A stretch of 57,098 nt of DNA, the filler included, from Catajapyx aquilonaris (Eukaryota), in the NCBI GenBank assembly GCA_000934665.2. It is 3 parts of 3 records of this genome, joined end to end, with 100 filler letters (N's around TTAATTAATTAA, not from the genome) between each part and the next. Parts side by side here need not be neighbours in the genome. Positions count along the whole stretch, not along the records: positions 1 to 20,074 come from KZ539580.1; 2 more parts are not named here. One strand, written 5' to 3'. The notes under the pieces were generated by a model that saw nothing but the letters and a program-made list of their open reading frames with translations, was not told where the DNA came from and searched no databases. Position 1 is the first letter of the stretch; each line of letters starts with the position of its first letter. The position numbers were made by a program, and so were the translations under genes. Positions 1 through 14,213 of this stretch are shown one piece after another.

Positions 1-615
1 AAGGTGGCATTCTTATTCAGAAAAGGCAAAGGCTTGCCTTGCCTCATCATCTCGTCATAAGAAAATAATAGGGCCATTCGTGTTTTCAAAGCCAATAAGC
101 GGAAGCTTCCTTTTTTGGTAAATGTCCTGGCATAGACTGATGCAATTTGAACCTCATTAAAAGTGGTCTTCGGGAAGATACTGGGTATAAACAATTACTG
201 GAGGGACGTCTTTTAGGAAAGGCGCCTTTGATACGTCTTTGTGTGCTATTCTTGGTGGGGGAGTGAATTTTCTGGGGAGTCTTTTATATCCGCGTTCAGT
301 GTTCGTAAAATCAGCGCTTTCAGGGCTCGGCAGGGTTGCCAGGTGGGTGGGCTTGTTTTTTTAGTAGGTTTTTTTAATGGGGGGGGGGGGGATTAATTTA
401 TGGGAGGGGTGAACATGACGTTTTTTTATTGTGGGGGAGGTGGCATGAAGTATGTGGCTTTATGGAGGTGTGGTATGAAGATATCACGGGATCTGATAAA
501 GAGTGAGTGGTGCCCTTGTTCTCAGGGGGTGGAAGTGAAAGATAGAAGTTATCGCCAGCTAATAATAGGCTTACACTTCTGAATAGGGATCCGTTATAAT
601 ATTATTTATAACGTA

Positions 616-676
616 TAGCAATTTCACACCATAATTTTCAGTTATTTAACTGAAAAATTATGGTGTGAAATTGCTA
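616..676. repeat. Near-perfect 61-bp palindrome
   Basis: tagcaatttcacaccataattttcagtta-tt-taactgaaaaattatggtgtgaaattgcta; one extra A in the right arm. Confidence 0.9.
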
Positions 677-3600
677 ACTATTGTGAATGATTTCCGTTCA
701 AAATTCGTTATGCTTTTGAAATTATTTCAGTATTTCTTTTTGTTCATTTTAGTTCTTACCAATTTGAGCAAAAACCTGTGTTGAAATTGCGAATTAACTG
801 ATAGGGTTAATTGAATGTTTACTGTATGGTACTTCAGCTGTATATAGAAACTCTTATGCCATTAAAATAGCTTACTTGTGTAATGGGCAGAAATTCTGCA
901 ATATTGACCCAAGTTGTTCATTAGCAACTGCAAAGAGAGGCTGCTCGTTAATCTAAATTTTGATCCGGTATGAACCTAACATGATTTGCAAAATTAGAGG
1001 CATTTACTGCTTTATCCTCCAATGTACTGTACGGTTGAGTGTTGAAGAAAGAGCCGGAAAATACTGGTTTTATATTTTTACAACATGGCGTTGCCAGCCA
1101 GGTGTTGATTTCTGTGAGTCATTCACGCCTGGGGTAGCATTGCAATAACCTAGAGCGCAATTGCAACAAACAAAAAAAATGCAGATGTTTACCTGACTGC
1201 ATTGGGTGCAACAAACTTTACTTTATCAACTGGTGAATACCTGACAATCTGGAGGGTTCGAGAGGAGGCGTTTTCATCGTGACCCCACCTGATTGGCTAA
1301 GGAACGTGGGTCATTGTGACCAGGAATGATAAATACGTGGAAAGAGCTCGGAGAAATGCCTGGGAGGATTCGAAATAGGCTTATGGGAGGTGCTGGGCAT
1401 CCCCGAGAGTGTGAGGATAGTAATCCGTATCGTAAGGCATGGAGAAAATTCCCTTTTTGTGCAGCATTAAAAAAAAGTGTTCGCATGATCCACCTCACCA
1501 TGATTCATCTCAAAAGGGGAGCAAATCGATGGGATTACCTCACCTGGAAATTTGAGGTAAATGAAGTGGGAACCAATTGCTTTTCAAACTTTTGTGTTAT
1601 ATAATCAGTGCCATTTAATTGAATTCTGACCGCAATAAGGATTGTAAAGTGACACTTTACTTCTCCCCATGGTAAAGTGTGTCATGTAGGTCACTATTGG
1701 GGAGGGGAAACAAGCCCAAGGCTGCCCACTTGGGATTCGTTTTTTTTTCTTCTTCTTTCGCCCCGTCTTTTACTTATGGGTCCCCAGGACTTCCTCCATA
1801 AAATCCAGTCTAATCCTTTCCCTTGGCTCCGCAGATTGCGCACTAAATGGACGAGAAAGAGTCGAGACCAGGCCAAGAAAACCGGCGTTTTAAGATTGAA
1901 AAAAAATAATAGGCCAGCTGAGAAATATCGAGTCAACACTTTAGGGGTCACCACTATTTTTTTCCTCCCCCTCTTATTCCTTTTTGTGTGCCATCTTCCC
2001 CCCAGTTTTTATCTTGGGGTTGAGGTCGTCATATCTGGGTGGAAAATGCGATATTTACTGCCTTTCTTATCCTTGGGAATTGTATCTGGTTCGGTTCCAA
2101 ACGTTTGGTGCAATCAAACGAACCTTCAGTTTGTTGGTATTCTTCACACTGTGGATAGGGTCAACTGACATTATGAAAATATTGCATGTGTGTAACAAGG
2201 ATTATCCTTTGCAACGAGGTCGTATATAGTGTAGATTTATCATTAATAAATTGTACTCCAACGAGGGTAAACCCACGGTGAATAATTTATCAGCAGTAAT
2301 TCAATATGCCATAGGTGTCTTGTTAACGTTCCAGAGGATTTTGGAGGATTTTCGTGATTCAAACATGCATTTAAGTGATGCACCCGATGATATCAGTACA
2401 TTGAAGCCTGCTTTTACAGTATTTTTTTTTTGTTGTTTAAAAAAAAAGGTAACTCCCCTTGAAATTTAGTCACGGCCCTTTAACAACAAAAAAAAAGGTG
2501 TTGTGGAGTAAGGGCTAATTTACATGAAGCATTAGTAGCTGCAAAATTTGAATACATGATTGCAAAGTTGGATAAACCAAAAGGGGAATAATGGGGAGAG
2601 GCATCATGCAAACATGAGGGGGTTTTGTGAGAGGCCGAATTATTTAGTCTGAACTGTTATTGCACCTCCCAGACTTTGAACCAGCCCCCTCTTTGCTTTA
2701 AAGGAAAGCCGTATAATCGAAACTGATTTTAAGCCATGAAGTTTCCAGGCACAGGTTGTACTGTATAAGGAAAGGTCAAATCCCGGAAGAAGCCCGTTCA
2801 TATCCGGAACCAAGGGCGAGAAAAATAATTCCGTCACGCCAACACAGGCACGTGTTGAGGGGAGGCAAAAATTGCAATTATATTGGCCAAATTTTGGCCA
2901 GGGTTTATTCACCTGCAAATCAATTTTTTTTTATATTTTTTACGGTATTGTGACGTTTTTTTTTCTCGGGTAATATTTTACGGTCGGGTACTTGCATGGT
3001 ATTTCACGGCTGTGTGGATTTTTATGCGTGTCTTGAAGTGTGAAAAAAAAAAAAGTGGGGATGTGGCAAGATGGGATATCTAAATTTATCTTAACTTCCT
3101 AGTATTGCTATTTTTTGTGCAGCTATATAAACCTCTAACGAGTTATTATTTGGGACGAGGACGTTCACCCTCTGCACTTCCTTCAATTGATCGTATTAAG
3201 ATATAATAGCTGACGTCATTACTGGACATGTTTAAGAACCTTGCGATGGACCTAAAGAGCTGGGAGAATCTGGGCGCGTGTGATGTAATTAGCAACTAGC
3301 TTTGATAATGAATGCGTGAGATAAAAATGCGTCATCCGCGGCTGATGCTGGCAATTTGGATGGTTGTTGTTGATTGATGAATGGAGCCACCAGGAAGCGG
3401 ATGAATCGGGTTGGCAATTGGGGAGAGCTTGCTGGAGCTTAAGATAGGTAGCGCCACTCTGGTGGGAGCTCCCGGAAACTTGTGCACCCCCGCAGAGGCG
3501 TCATCTCCATTGAGTTTCCCCCCCTCCCAAGATGAATCGGGAGCCTATATATTGATCTAGTAGGCTACTCACATCCTCTCCAGCCCAGGTCATGAGAGTT

Positions 3601-5744
3601 GTTTTTTTTCCCTTGCTTTAAAGTCAGGAAATTTCGCATGTTTTAATTAACATGGGCGTGTGCCTGATGAAAATTTTCGCCAATTCATATACCCGGAGAC
3701 ATGCGCCGTGCTGTAATTATGTCCGGAGCTTGTTTAGTAGACGCGTCTCAATTTGGTGTAAATGAATAAGTGATGGGTGGTGTACACGTGAAATGTCCGT
3801 TTTATGCGACAATCACTGCTGGGGAGAGTTTGCAGTGTGACAAAAATGGTAGTAGTAATTTGTAGGGATTAAGTGGGTCACCTTGTAGAGTCATTGTTGC
3901 CTTTTACAAAATCTGATAAAAATATTGCGATGCTTGGACTCATCAGAAGCACAGTTCGATAATAATTTCACACACTGTGCACTCTCACTGTACAAAAAAT
4001 ATATATATTGCGATTTTGCTCATACACACATTTTTCTGTAATATGAATTATGCAGTATACAAATATTGTGTGCAATAGTCGTACACACATCATTGTGTAT
4101 CTTATAGTCTACGTGACACAATTTCTGTGGCCTTTCTTCATACACAAAAATTGTTGGTTTTTGGATGTACACAATTTTTTTCTGATTTTGCACATAATAT
4201 ACGAATTGAGTAATATTTTTAATTAGCAATTAACAGATTTAATACGGTATGCATTAAGTTGCATTTAACAAAACATAGAGTACACGAGGTGTAGGTGGAA
4301 ATGCTTGACAAACCGTCAATACAGCATAGTCTCCATATACTGAGTGGCTGTTTTTACTGAACCTACTATTATGCTGAGTAAATAGCAGCTATTTTGCTAA
4401 AATTATGGTGATTTGTAAGTCAGCTCGACCCTGAATGTGTATTAAATTCTAGTGCCGCGTATAGGTTAATAAGTTGCTAAAAGCTTTCACCGTTGATGTC
4501 TTTTCACCCTTATTACATCCCCCAAAATAACTTGCGCGGGAGTTGTAATTTCGATTCAGATGAAGTGAGAAACGCGGCCTCGGTTTTTTTTGGGGGAAAT
4601 AAAGCCTTCCCTGGCCCATCTCTATCTAAATGTTAAACGCGGGTTCTAGATATGGCGGTGTAGAGGAAAGGGTTATTGCACTCAGCAACGTTCTGGAAGA
4701 GCTCTTTTCTTGACTGTAGGAGTTTAGGGGTAAGAGGAGGAAAAAATAGCGACGACATCATTGTGAAATGTCCAAAAATCGATCAAAGAACCTCATAAAG
4801 AAGAAACCGGATGGAGGTAGTCTGCAGGGGGGGAAAAAAAGGTGAAGAATAAATATAGAGACATCCAGGAAATTTTTCCAGGACATGCGTAGGCGGAGGT
4901 TGAAGGTATTACCGGAAACCTTTTCTGGAACTAGAATCAGCCCACACACACACAGGTTTTTCCGAGAAAAGTACATAAAAGGAAAGCTTGGTTGCTATAG
5001 GGACGCGTAATTGTGTAAGAAAATATGCAAATGGTGCGCTAAAAATTGCATGGCGATAGGGAAGTGTCTTAATTAATCATTTTCAACGAAAACTTTGCCT
5101 TTCAATCTCGTTCATGCCGTGCATAACTTGCGTTCATTAAGATTAATGACTGCAGCGGTTTTTTCCTTTTTTCCCATAGATTTTTGAGGTGAAAAGCTGC
5201 AATTTTTTTAGCGCGGTTTTTGCGTGTGCGGCTTTTGGGTAATTGGCGTGCGACGTGTCGCTCTTTCCTGCGTCGTCGAGGGGGTATTTCTTGCCTGGCA
5301 ATTAGCCTTCCTGCACTTGCAGGGTTAAGAGTACTATTCCCGTTCGTCGTACTATGCAATTTTCCTCCCAAAACGGTTTAAACTTGGTTCAAGCTTTAAC
5401 CGCAGATAAATCCGCGATTGTTGGCGACAGGATGGATTAATCTGGTGTTTCCTGGGTCTCCCGCTCTATATTCGCCAGGGCCATAAATACAAGTATCGAT
5501 TGTTGTTTTAGAGTATAGCCGGGGTTGGCTGCTGGAGAGATGCGGTCCTATATCGATGTGTGCTGAAGGGGGGCGAAAAAAGGCTGGCAATGGCCTCTAT
5601 TTTTTTCCGCCAGTTTGGGCAGGAAGTGGTTTTCCGGAGCATGAAGTGCTTCTCTGGTCGGTTAGATTGGTCGATGGCCGCATAGATGGAGCCAGAGTCA
5701 CGTGCGCAGTAGGTTTGCGCAGAAGGAAGTAACTGGCTACAGCG

Positions 5745-5798
5745 CATGGCTACTGCTCAGGTCCATATCACGTGATATAACCATGCGCAGTAGCCATG
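5745..5798. repeat. Imperfect 54-bp palindrome centred on TCACGTGA
   Basis: catggctactgc...atatcac|gtgatat...gcagtagccatg; 22/27 paired. Confidence 0.75.
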
Positions 5799-8745
5799 GC
5801 CACGATTTGTTCGCCTTTCTATTGCCCACCCATCACTTGCCACCTGACAGCCCTTATTAATTACACAGATGAATTGAATGGGAGGTTTTGAGAACGAATG
5901 ACATCCGTGCAAGTTGCAAACCAAAGGCAGAAATCCGTGCAAAGGATCCGGAGAGGCAATCCACTCTGTAAATCAAGGGGGGTGGACCCTTAATGACCCC
6001 GGGGCACGAAACACCCACACCATCAGTTTTCCTCTGGGCCAGAAAAATATATGGGGTCTAATCCCACCGCCATCAGCTTGCCGTTCCTCAGATGGGTTCC
6101 TGAAGAGATTTGCATGATGCCACCACCTTTCCTGCTAGGGGTTTTTTTTATTCGCTGCAAACCGAGTGTGCTGCATGTAATGGAAAAACCTAATACGAGT
6201 GGTCATTAACAAGAGGGTTAATAGAACGCCTTCGCGTGTGAATTTCTCGCACATCCATCAGCTCGGAAGTTCTTAAAATAGAGCGCTGATTTCCAGCTAG
6301 TCGGCTATATTCGCTGAGCTTAATTCATACTCGGTGAAGACAAATATGAATGTGGGTGATGCATACATTTGGGCCTAAAAATGGCTGATTTTTTTTAAAA
6401 CCCTCCCTCTCGCTTCTCCCTCCCATTATCTGCCATATTGCGTTTTCGGATAGCTGTTTCGCTTCCGGCTGCTGTGATATTGCGCCCGGGGCTTCAAATC
6501 CTAACATAAAAGGCCATTTGTTCGTTGCCAACCTTTCGCAATGCGACAGATTACTTGGTTTTATACCAAAAAAAATTTGCGCCGTTTTTTTTTGTGTGTG
6601 TGTGTGTGGAGAGAGAGTATAGGATATGCTTAATCCCCCCAACGCTAATTCGTGTTCATTGTTACAGTAATTGAGCCCGTTGTAAAAACTGAGATATGCA
6701 CATATGACCAGTGGCGGATAACAATGAGCGGTACATATCGAGTGACGGTGGGAAATGCAAGAGGCCTATTCATATGCTGGCCTAGTTGTGCATTTCGAAT
6801 ATTTATGGTTTGCTAATTGAAAGGTGATACCTTTTTGTTGGATTTCGATTATTGGTTTGTTATACCAAATTGCCCAGCAAATTGGCGAAGAATAGTATAG
6901 TAGCAAATTGGCTATATATAAGCCCTGAATTTAACCTATTATTATAGTCTCCTGCGCTAAAGGAACTGTTGGAGAATACCCGTTCTATTAATGGTCTATG
7001 GAGGGGGCTATAAATCTTTGCCGAATTTTGTAGCCCGTGTCTTATTCTGGCAGTGTCTGCTGGCGGGCCTTATTTGAAATTGCAGAGTGAGGGTTAAAGA
7101 CGTGCCTAATTAAATCACGACAAAGTGGGAGGGGGAGGCTGTGAAAACCCGAAGCGAGGGCAAAATCAGCGATATGCCAATCCGTGCTCGACCTCCGAAT
7201 GATAATGTCATCGATTAGGTTCGAAATATGCAAAAACGATGCAAGTGATGCAAAACTAACGAAGTAGCATTTCAGTTTCAGTAATGCGTAGTTTTTTTTT
7301 TCATATATAAAACCGCTGTCTGAGGCTGGAGAGCCACGCCCTTTAGTTTGTTAAATCACCTTTAAAAAGAGCATATTAAACAGCTCTATTCATCCCCCCC
7401 GAACCCGGGTTATTAAAACAGAGCGAGGGAAATGAGGGTCGTTGCTTTTCGGCATATCCTTGGCCTAAAATTGAGACGTGCCAAAAGGACAAGTTTGGTC
7501 CATTCACCGTCAGTGAATGTCACCAAAATTGCACACCTAACCGGTTAATAAATTTTTCGGGCCGCTAAGACATCAGTAGTCTGGAAGTGAGTTAGGTAGC
7601 CCGGACATGCAGACAAACTTTCTGTTATATAGATAGAGAGATTTTACGTAGCCATCCTGAGTTATACGAGCAGGTCGATTGCTAGCCGATGTAATTTTAT
7701 TTTCCAAATATTGCTTGTATTCGGCCGCTCTATCCCACAGTTTATGGACGTGTAAAACCCTCCCCTTGCCTAATTGCACGGATGGCGTGCAAAAACTGCT
7801 GCAATTATTTTGCGCAACAGTTATGCAAAGTAGACGGATGATTTACACTGCAGTTAAATGCGATGGAGGCGTGCTCCTTAATTAGAAACCACATTTTTTG
7901 GGGGTTGGAGACAGTGCGTAGACGACTGAGCAAACAATAGGACTTGTGTACAACAAACCGAATTTTTTGTTGTGTGTTTTTTTGCAGCGTAATGAGGCGG
8001 TGCTTTCGCAGCAAAAAAAAGAGGCGCCGACGCAAAGAATGTTTGTATAGTCCTCTGCGCTATTTTAATCAGGTTGCGCCGAGGCGGTGGCAAAAGGATT
8101 TTAAAAAAAAGTATAGACCCCCGCCCCTGTAATATGTACAGAAAAAAAAAAACTGGGGATTACTTCATATATGCTTTATTGTACTATTTAGATCGTTGGA
8201 AATGAGATCCAATCGCTTGGTTAGACTGGCCTTGGTTTTTTTCCCCTCCTCCACTTGCACCAGGCGCCAGTTTTGCAGAGAGGAAATTGGGTTACCGGTA
8301 TCATCATTCTTCGTAGGTAACGAAATGTGCAAATTGGAGCATGCTTAATATGTAGGGTTTTTTTAAAAATGGTTGTGACGTCAATGTGTAATTTTGTTCT
8401 GGTCGTTTTTTCTGCAAGAGGCCGCGGCGATCAAAATTGAACGCGACAAAAGGACACGGTGGAATTTTGGTCACGATCCTGCATTGCAAGTTCCGACCGA
8501 AAATGTCAACCGACTTTTTCTCTGAAAGCTAGCAACCATTACATACAGAAAAAAAATGTGAATGACGTCACTAGTCCCGAGTGCGCCATTATTTTTGTAA
8601 GGGTTCAAATTTTTTTTAGGGGGCGGTGTGTATAGGGTCCAGACCTCTTTAAAATTCGCGATGTTGGAGAGAGAGATCGGTGGGCAAATGGAGGCCATGT
8701 ATAGGGCGTCGGCGTCGGGCTGCTGAACCTCCCATCCCCCCTCAC

Positions 8746-8860
8746 CTACCCCTCCACCATCGACGAACCTAGCCCTACCCCACCTCTCTTTTGTCGGAGG
8801 ACACTCCTCTTGGACTGCGTAGTTTGCTGTAGTCCCCAGGACCAGAAGAGGCTGTCGAAC
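8746..8860 (-). other. Candidate isolated exon of an unidentified minus-strand gene
   Basis: Strong acceptor ttttcttttcag and donor G|gtgagg flank a 115-nt GC-richer segment that is open in one frame; no recognisable protein similarity. Confidence 0.35.
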
Positions 8861-9274
8861 CTGAAAAGAAAAATCATTTAAAGTGACCTTAGGTCATGTG
8901 CCTAGGTGTGGGTCGAGCTTTTGGAGTGTGAAGTGCGTGTGTGTTTTTAAAAGGATGCTGATAGGTAAGTGTGTGCAGTGACACCTGTGCAGTGGTGTTT
9001 CAAAATTTCATAAGCTGCGCCTGTAGTAAACCCAATAGCATGTACAGTCTCTCATTATGTGTATATAACCATCCAATTAAAGAGAGTACTCTTTGTCCGC
9101 GTCTTGATTGAACAAGGTTCATTACTGGACGGTTTTTGTATACTCCCATAAAAAGGGGGACGATAAATTATTACTGGAAGTGACGCCAATATTATTTTGG
9201 TTTTCCATAGCCCTCCGCAAATCTGAGCGGAACTGATGCTATGGCTATATACAAAATTGGTGAGCGTGTAATTT

Positions 9275-9527
9275 NNNNNNNNNNNNNNNNNNNNNNNNNN
9301 NNNNNNNNNNNNNNNNNNNNNNNNNNNNNNNNNNNNNNNNNNNNNNNNNNNNNNNNNNNNNNNNNNNNNNNNNNNNNNNNNNNNNNNNNNNNNNNNNNNN
9401 NNNNNNNNNNNNNNNNNNNNNNNNNNNNNNNNNNNNNNNNNNNNNNNNNNNNNNNNNNNNNNNNNNNNNNNNNNNNNNNNNNNNNNNNNNNNNNNNNNNN
9501 NNNNNNNNNNNNNNNNNNNNNNNNNNN
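9275..9527. other. Intra-scaffold assembly gap
   Basis: 253 consecutive N with no linker. Confidence 0.95.
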
Positions 9528-12500
9528 CCCCCCCTCAAAAAAATATGGGCGTCAAAAAGGCTTGTCTTCGTGGTCGACAAGTATATTTTCTCCCCACATT
9601 CAACGAGAGTTTTAATTTACGGTCCCTTTGTAATCCGGGGACTCCGGTCTCTCGGGACTCATAGACGGGCGCCGTGAAATAGTATCCGGAGCGGCCATGT
9701 TTTATAGTCCGGGAGAAAAGCAGTCAAAAAATATCATCGAGGGAGACTCAGTTACACAATCTTTTAGAAGTTAGAAGGTCGATTTGGTGGTAACGAATTT
9801 CGATCAGATTCCTCCCCTGTGGTGAAATGCTGATTAGGAATTTGCTATGTGTATATGTTTCTCGGAGTTTGATTGTTACATTGCGTTGGTTGTATGTCAC
9901 GTACCAACTGCAAATGGAATTGGAAGGCTGCAGGTGGGCCAGGAGTTGAAAATGACGGCCGGAGAGCCCCAAATGTACTGTTCAGACGTGACTTGAAGTT
10001 TGAGTAAGGTTGGATGTTTTTTTTTTTTTTGTTGGCGAGAGAAGCTAGGTGTTTAGATTAAGATGCGAAAATCCGGAGAGGCCAACGTCATAGTGCAGTT
10101 GGAGCTTAATTGAACCGGAACTGATTCAGGTGCATGAGAGGAACCGAGTGAAACAGTGGTCTGTGGGGAATATTGTACTGTTGGATTCTGTAAAGTCATA
10201 CAGCACAAAGTCGCATGTTATTACCTCTTGAAACTGTAGAAGAAGAATCACAGGATTCAATATCATATTCCAATGGCTAAAGCAACATTGCGCATTCAAA
10301 ATGTAGGCTCTTCTTGCCATGCAAAGATCTGGAAGAATCCGATTGTCATCAATAATCCTATTAAAAGTGAGTTCTTTTTTGTGGGCTGTCACTCAGAACG
10401 AAATATGTAAGAAGGAATTATCGAATTGCGTTTCTGAAATTCCGATTGTGATATTGACTTTTGTGGATTGCTATGCGGTGAATACTTCTTTTTAAAAAAA
10501 GTAGCGTGCAGATGGTTGTATAGCATCAGGATGCGTTTGACTGAAACGTTTGCTTTCGCATACAGTACAACTAATTTTACAAGTTGGAATTCCAGTATAG
10601 AAACCGCTGCTTCAACGCGAATACAGTATCAGACCTTCCGCTACTGTATATTCAATTAGGAACACATAGTCATCCACCTGCATACAAGGCAAACTCTTGC
10701 AAAATGTATCATCTCCATTAGTGTGGTCCGCAATACAGTGAGTAACTTGCATATATAGGACATAACCGAAAAGACTGCTTTTCCCAGGTCCAATTATGTC
10801 GCAGATTTAGGCAGTGCCTCACGATTAAGATACTGCGCTGTTGGGCACATAATTGCGTCATTGATCATGGCTTCATAATTGGGGGCCTGTATACGATATG
10901 TTTCGGCGAGCAAAAAGCTTATAAATTTTAATTACCAAGCGACTGTTTGGGAGAATGCTATATATGAGGTTTTTTTATTCAGTGCTCGGACTTATTATGA
11001 CAGATGCTGCCTCTCATGTGAATTCATTCACACGAGGATATTTTGATATTTTGGGACCCCCATATTTCGCAAAGAGGAAACGTCCCGAATTGCACCATAT
11101 GCACTTATGCAACTGCAGTAAACAATTCATTGCGAGTTTGAAAGTGCTGCCGGCATTACGCTGTTGTTTACCATTTTCCGAAAGTGCTTTAAAACGCAGA
11201 TTTTTTTTTGCGATTTAAGTACAAGCCAATTTTGCGAGGTTTTGAATGTTTTTTAAAAGTCTGCCGGACTTTGGCACAATTTTTTTTTTGCGGTTTCGGC
11301 TTGAAGTCGCGTCTTTTTGACGTTTCTATATAAGAAAAAAACTTCTGGAGCGATTGATTGCTCGGAAAGCCTTGAAAAATTCCTCGGATGTGATTATTTT
11401 ATAGATCCAGTCATATATATAGGGATGAAGTTTTAAAAGGGCAAGTTATACAGGGGGGGAGCTATAGTCACTCAGTTACCGATGTAAAAATTCTTTTTCA
11501 TGTTTGCCGAAATGATAGAAAAGAAGCTAAAATGGCATCAGCAGCTGCCGCCAAACCTTGTTGTTGTTTCCGCAGCCACAATGGGCCTCTTCCACAGTTT
11601 TTAAAAAAAGTGAAAACCAAGCGCCAGAGAGAAACGTCGCCCCAGAAATAACAGAACGGCGGAAGTTTAGTTCATAAAAGAAACGAAGTAGGAGGCTTAG
11701 GCAAGAAAAGAAAATGAAATAAAGTTCTCCTGGGAAACGAATTCATTTTTGTCTTCAACGACGCCTTTTTTTCATACATAAAAAAACCCAGTAATACCCT
11801 TGACTTTTTTGAGACGCTGCTTGGAAAGGGATAAGGTGCAAGGAAGCTCCATTTTGAATTCATTTAGTGGACTGTCTTGATTAAGCGAAATTGTAGCCAT
11901 AATTGAATACGTTTTCCATGCAAAAATTTTGCACCGTACGTCCAATCAGCGTCTACATATTTTAACAATATTTTAAAATGTGAAATTCTGCCAGCTTGTC
12001 CGAAATATTGCAACTTCTACATCCTAAATGCTATAGATGAATTTTTAAATGAGTGCAACACAGTTCGCGCAAATTATTTCCAACACTATACGTTTGAGGG
12101 GGGTAACAATATGGCCGAATTTTGCGATGTTGCCAAGGCTCTGTAACGAATCTTAGAGGCTACCATGTCCCCCCAAGAAGGTAAATAAGAAAATAAATAG
12201 AGGCTACCTGTGGCAACTATGCGGACTTGCGCGAGTGTGGGTGCGCACTCGGTTGCGTTCGTTTTAAAAAAACCATCTCTGGTCCTCCTTGCCGTGCCAT
12301 GAATATACCCAGGATGAACCCTCAAATTATTTGACAGGCCTACTCATTCGTCTCTCTGAATAAGGAAGCATCCATTTTGCCCAAACGAGTAGCTGACCTG
12401 AGGTGCAAAATATCTGACCACATGCCCATAAAATATGGAAATTGACATGCGAAATATATCCTTACGCCCCCACTCTTTTTTTTCTAAAAAAAAAAGGAAG

Positions 12501-14101
12501 GAAGAGAGAAGCGCCTGCATATATATTTTGTACACCTACCCTCTATATAGATGGAAAGTTGGCCCCCGTGCATGCAAAGCACCATCAAAGAGCACGGAGG
12601 AAAACCCTCCATTCGATGAGGTCGACTTGCAAATTTTACCAGCCCCGGCCAGAATTGAACTCAGCCCACAAGTTCAAATTTCGCCAATGCTAACTTTCCT
12701 CCAACAAAAAAAAATAATTTGCGTGTTGTATAGCCTCCACTGTGTGTTTTTTATTATTTTTATTTCGGTGTTTTGGGGAGAGTGGGAATCTGCAGTTAGA
12801 TATATCGAGCTGCATTTTGCATGGTGTTTGTGTGTGCACTTTTTTGCAGAGTTCTCTTGGCAGCATTTCCACATCTGTCCAATCTGTCCAATTAGGATAT
12901 ACACCCCCGCGCCTCTATTTTTTTTTTTTTTCTGTTTGTCGCTTTTTATGTACCCTGTAGCTCAAATTATGTATACCCGATTTTTTTTTGAAAGAGTCGA
13001 GTTGGTTGGATGGGAAAAACTTGTCTGGTTAACCGCGTCGTTTGCGTTAATAATGGCGGATTGTCACGTTTGATAACACCCCCTCTCTTTTTTTTTGGCG
13101 GAGTGTAAATATGCAAATAAAAATTTTGGGGGGCGCTTATCTACTGGTGCATGGCTAACCGGCAAGTAGTGAGGGGTTCGGTAATGTTTGGTTTACACAA
13201 GTGCAGTTGCAGTTAAAATGTGTGCATATACAGAGCATTTTATATAAGTTATGACTGTTGAGTGCGAGATGAGAAAAAGTATATGTATAAATGAGTGTGA
13301 AGACTGCCTCCTGACGCTGGTTCCATGAATTATGCATGCGAAACGGCACTGAACTTGGAAATATTACATTTAGTTGTCCAGGAAGTAACATTTTAAAACT
13401 CTGCTGGAAAAAAGACATTGCGTCAGAAGCAACTTTTTAAATGGAGGAAGTTACACTTGAGTCTGTTTTCTCACACTATATTTTTTCGGGAGGAACTAAG
13501 CTTATTATTTACTTACTCTCGAACAGTTACTTAGAAAATTGCTGTTCGTCACTTCCAGAACTGTGTACAAAGAGGCGTAATATATTATTCCTTGAGATAT
13601 ACCAATAGTGAAATACAGGGTCTGAAAAAGCCGATATCGGTGTAACAATTTTTAATTCAGCCCATCGAAGTAAATGTTGGGGGGGGGGGGGGGGNGAAAT
13701 GTGTTTAAAAAAATGTTACAGCGCAATTCTGTTGTGGCTGCAAGCTCTTGTCTGTGTTATAGAAACTGTAAAATGGGTTTAATGGAGGATCACTTGCTGG
13801 GTTTAGCACCTATTATAAAAAAAAGAGAGAGCTCAAAGGGAGCCCGAAAAAATCTGCTTAACACTCTCTGAACAATGATGTACGTGCGATTTTGCTTAAA
13901 ATGTTTGAAAAGCTCGTCATTCACTTTTTTATTTAAAAAAATGAATGGGTGTTCGTGCAGAACAAAACCCTATGTTGACACCGTGTGGTTGACAACAGTA
14001 CTACCAACACTGAATATGTAAATTGATCTGCACATCAAACAGAAGAATATTCTGGGCTACTCTTTCATATTGGGAGACTTTTGCCTATTCTCTCCAAGGC
14101 G

Positions 14102-14213
14102 TGTATCCGCTGAAGAATAGGGCTTGTATCCGCTGAAGAATAGGGCTTGTATCCGCTGAAGAATAGGGCTTGTATCCGCTGAAGGATAGGGCTTGTATCC
14201 GCTGAAGGATAGG
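14102..14213. repeat. 23-bp minisatellite, about 5 copies
   Basis: (tgtatccgctgaagRatagggct)n; degenerate copies again at about 14420-14480. Confidence 0.95.

Noticed and set aside
7048..7068. TGGCAGTGTC, a miR-34-like seed
   Set aside because: The 3' part diverges and no hairpin partner is evident
9241..9615. ORFs spanning the N gap
   Set aside because: Open only because N codons are not stops
12951..12972. TACCCTGTAG, matching the 5' end of miR-10/miR-993 family sequences
   Set aside because: The match stops after 10 nt and there is no complementary arm to form a precursor hairpin
12435..13073. 212-aa ORF and the other 60-160-aa ORFs in segments 1 and 3
   Set aside because: Driven by homopolymer runs (poly-F, poly-K), with no recognisable domain and no consistent splice structure
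13678..13696. Poly-G runs containing N (also about 18391-18404) as G4 elements
   Set aside because: Low-quality homopolymers at contig joins; true length unknown
14102..14213. Regular 23-bp repeats as a possible CRISPR array (also 39105-39478)
   Set aside because: Head-to-tail with no unique spacers, no cas genes, eukaryotic context
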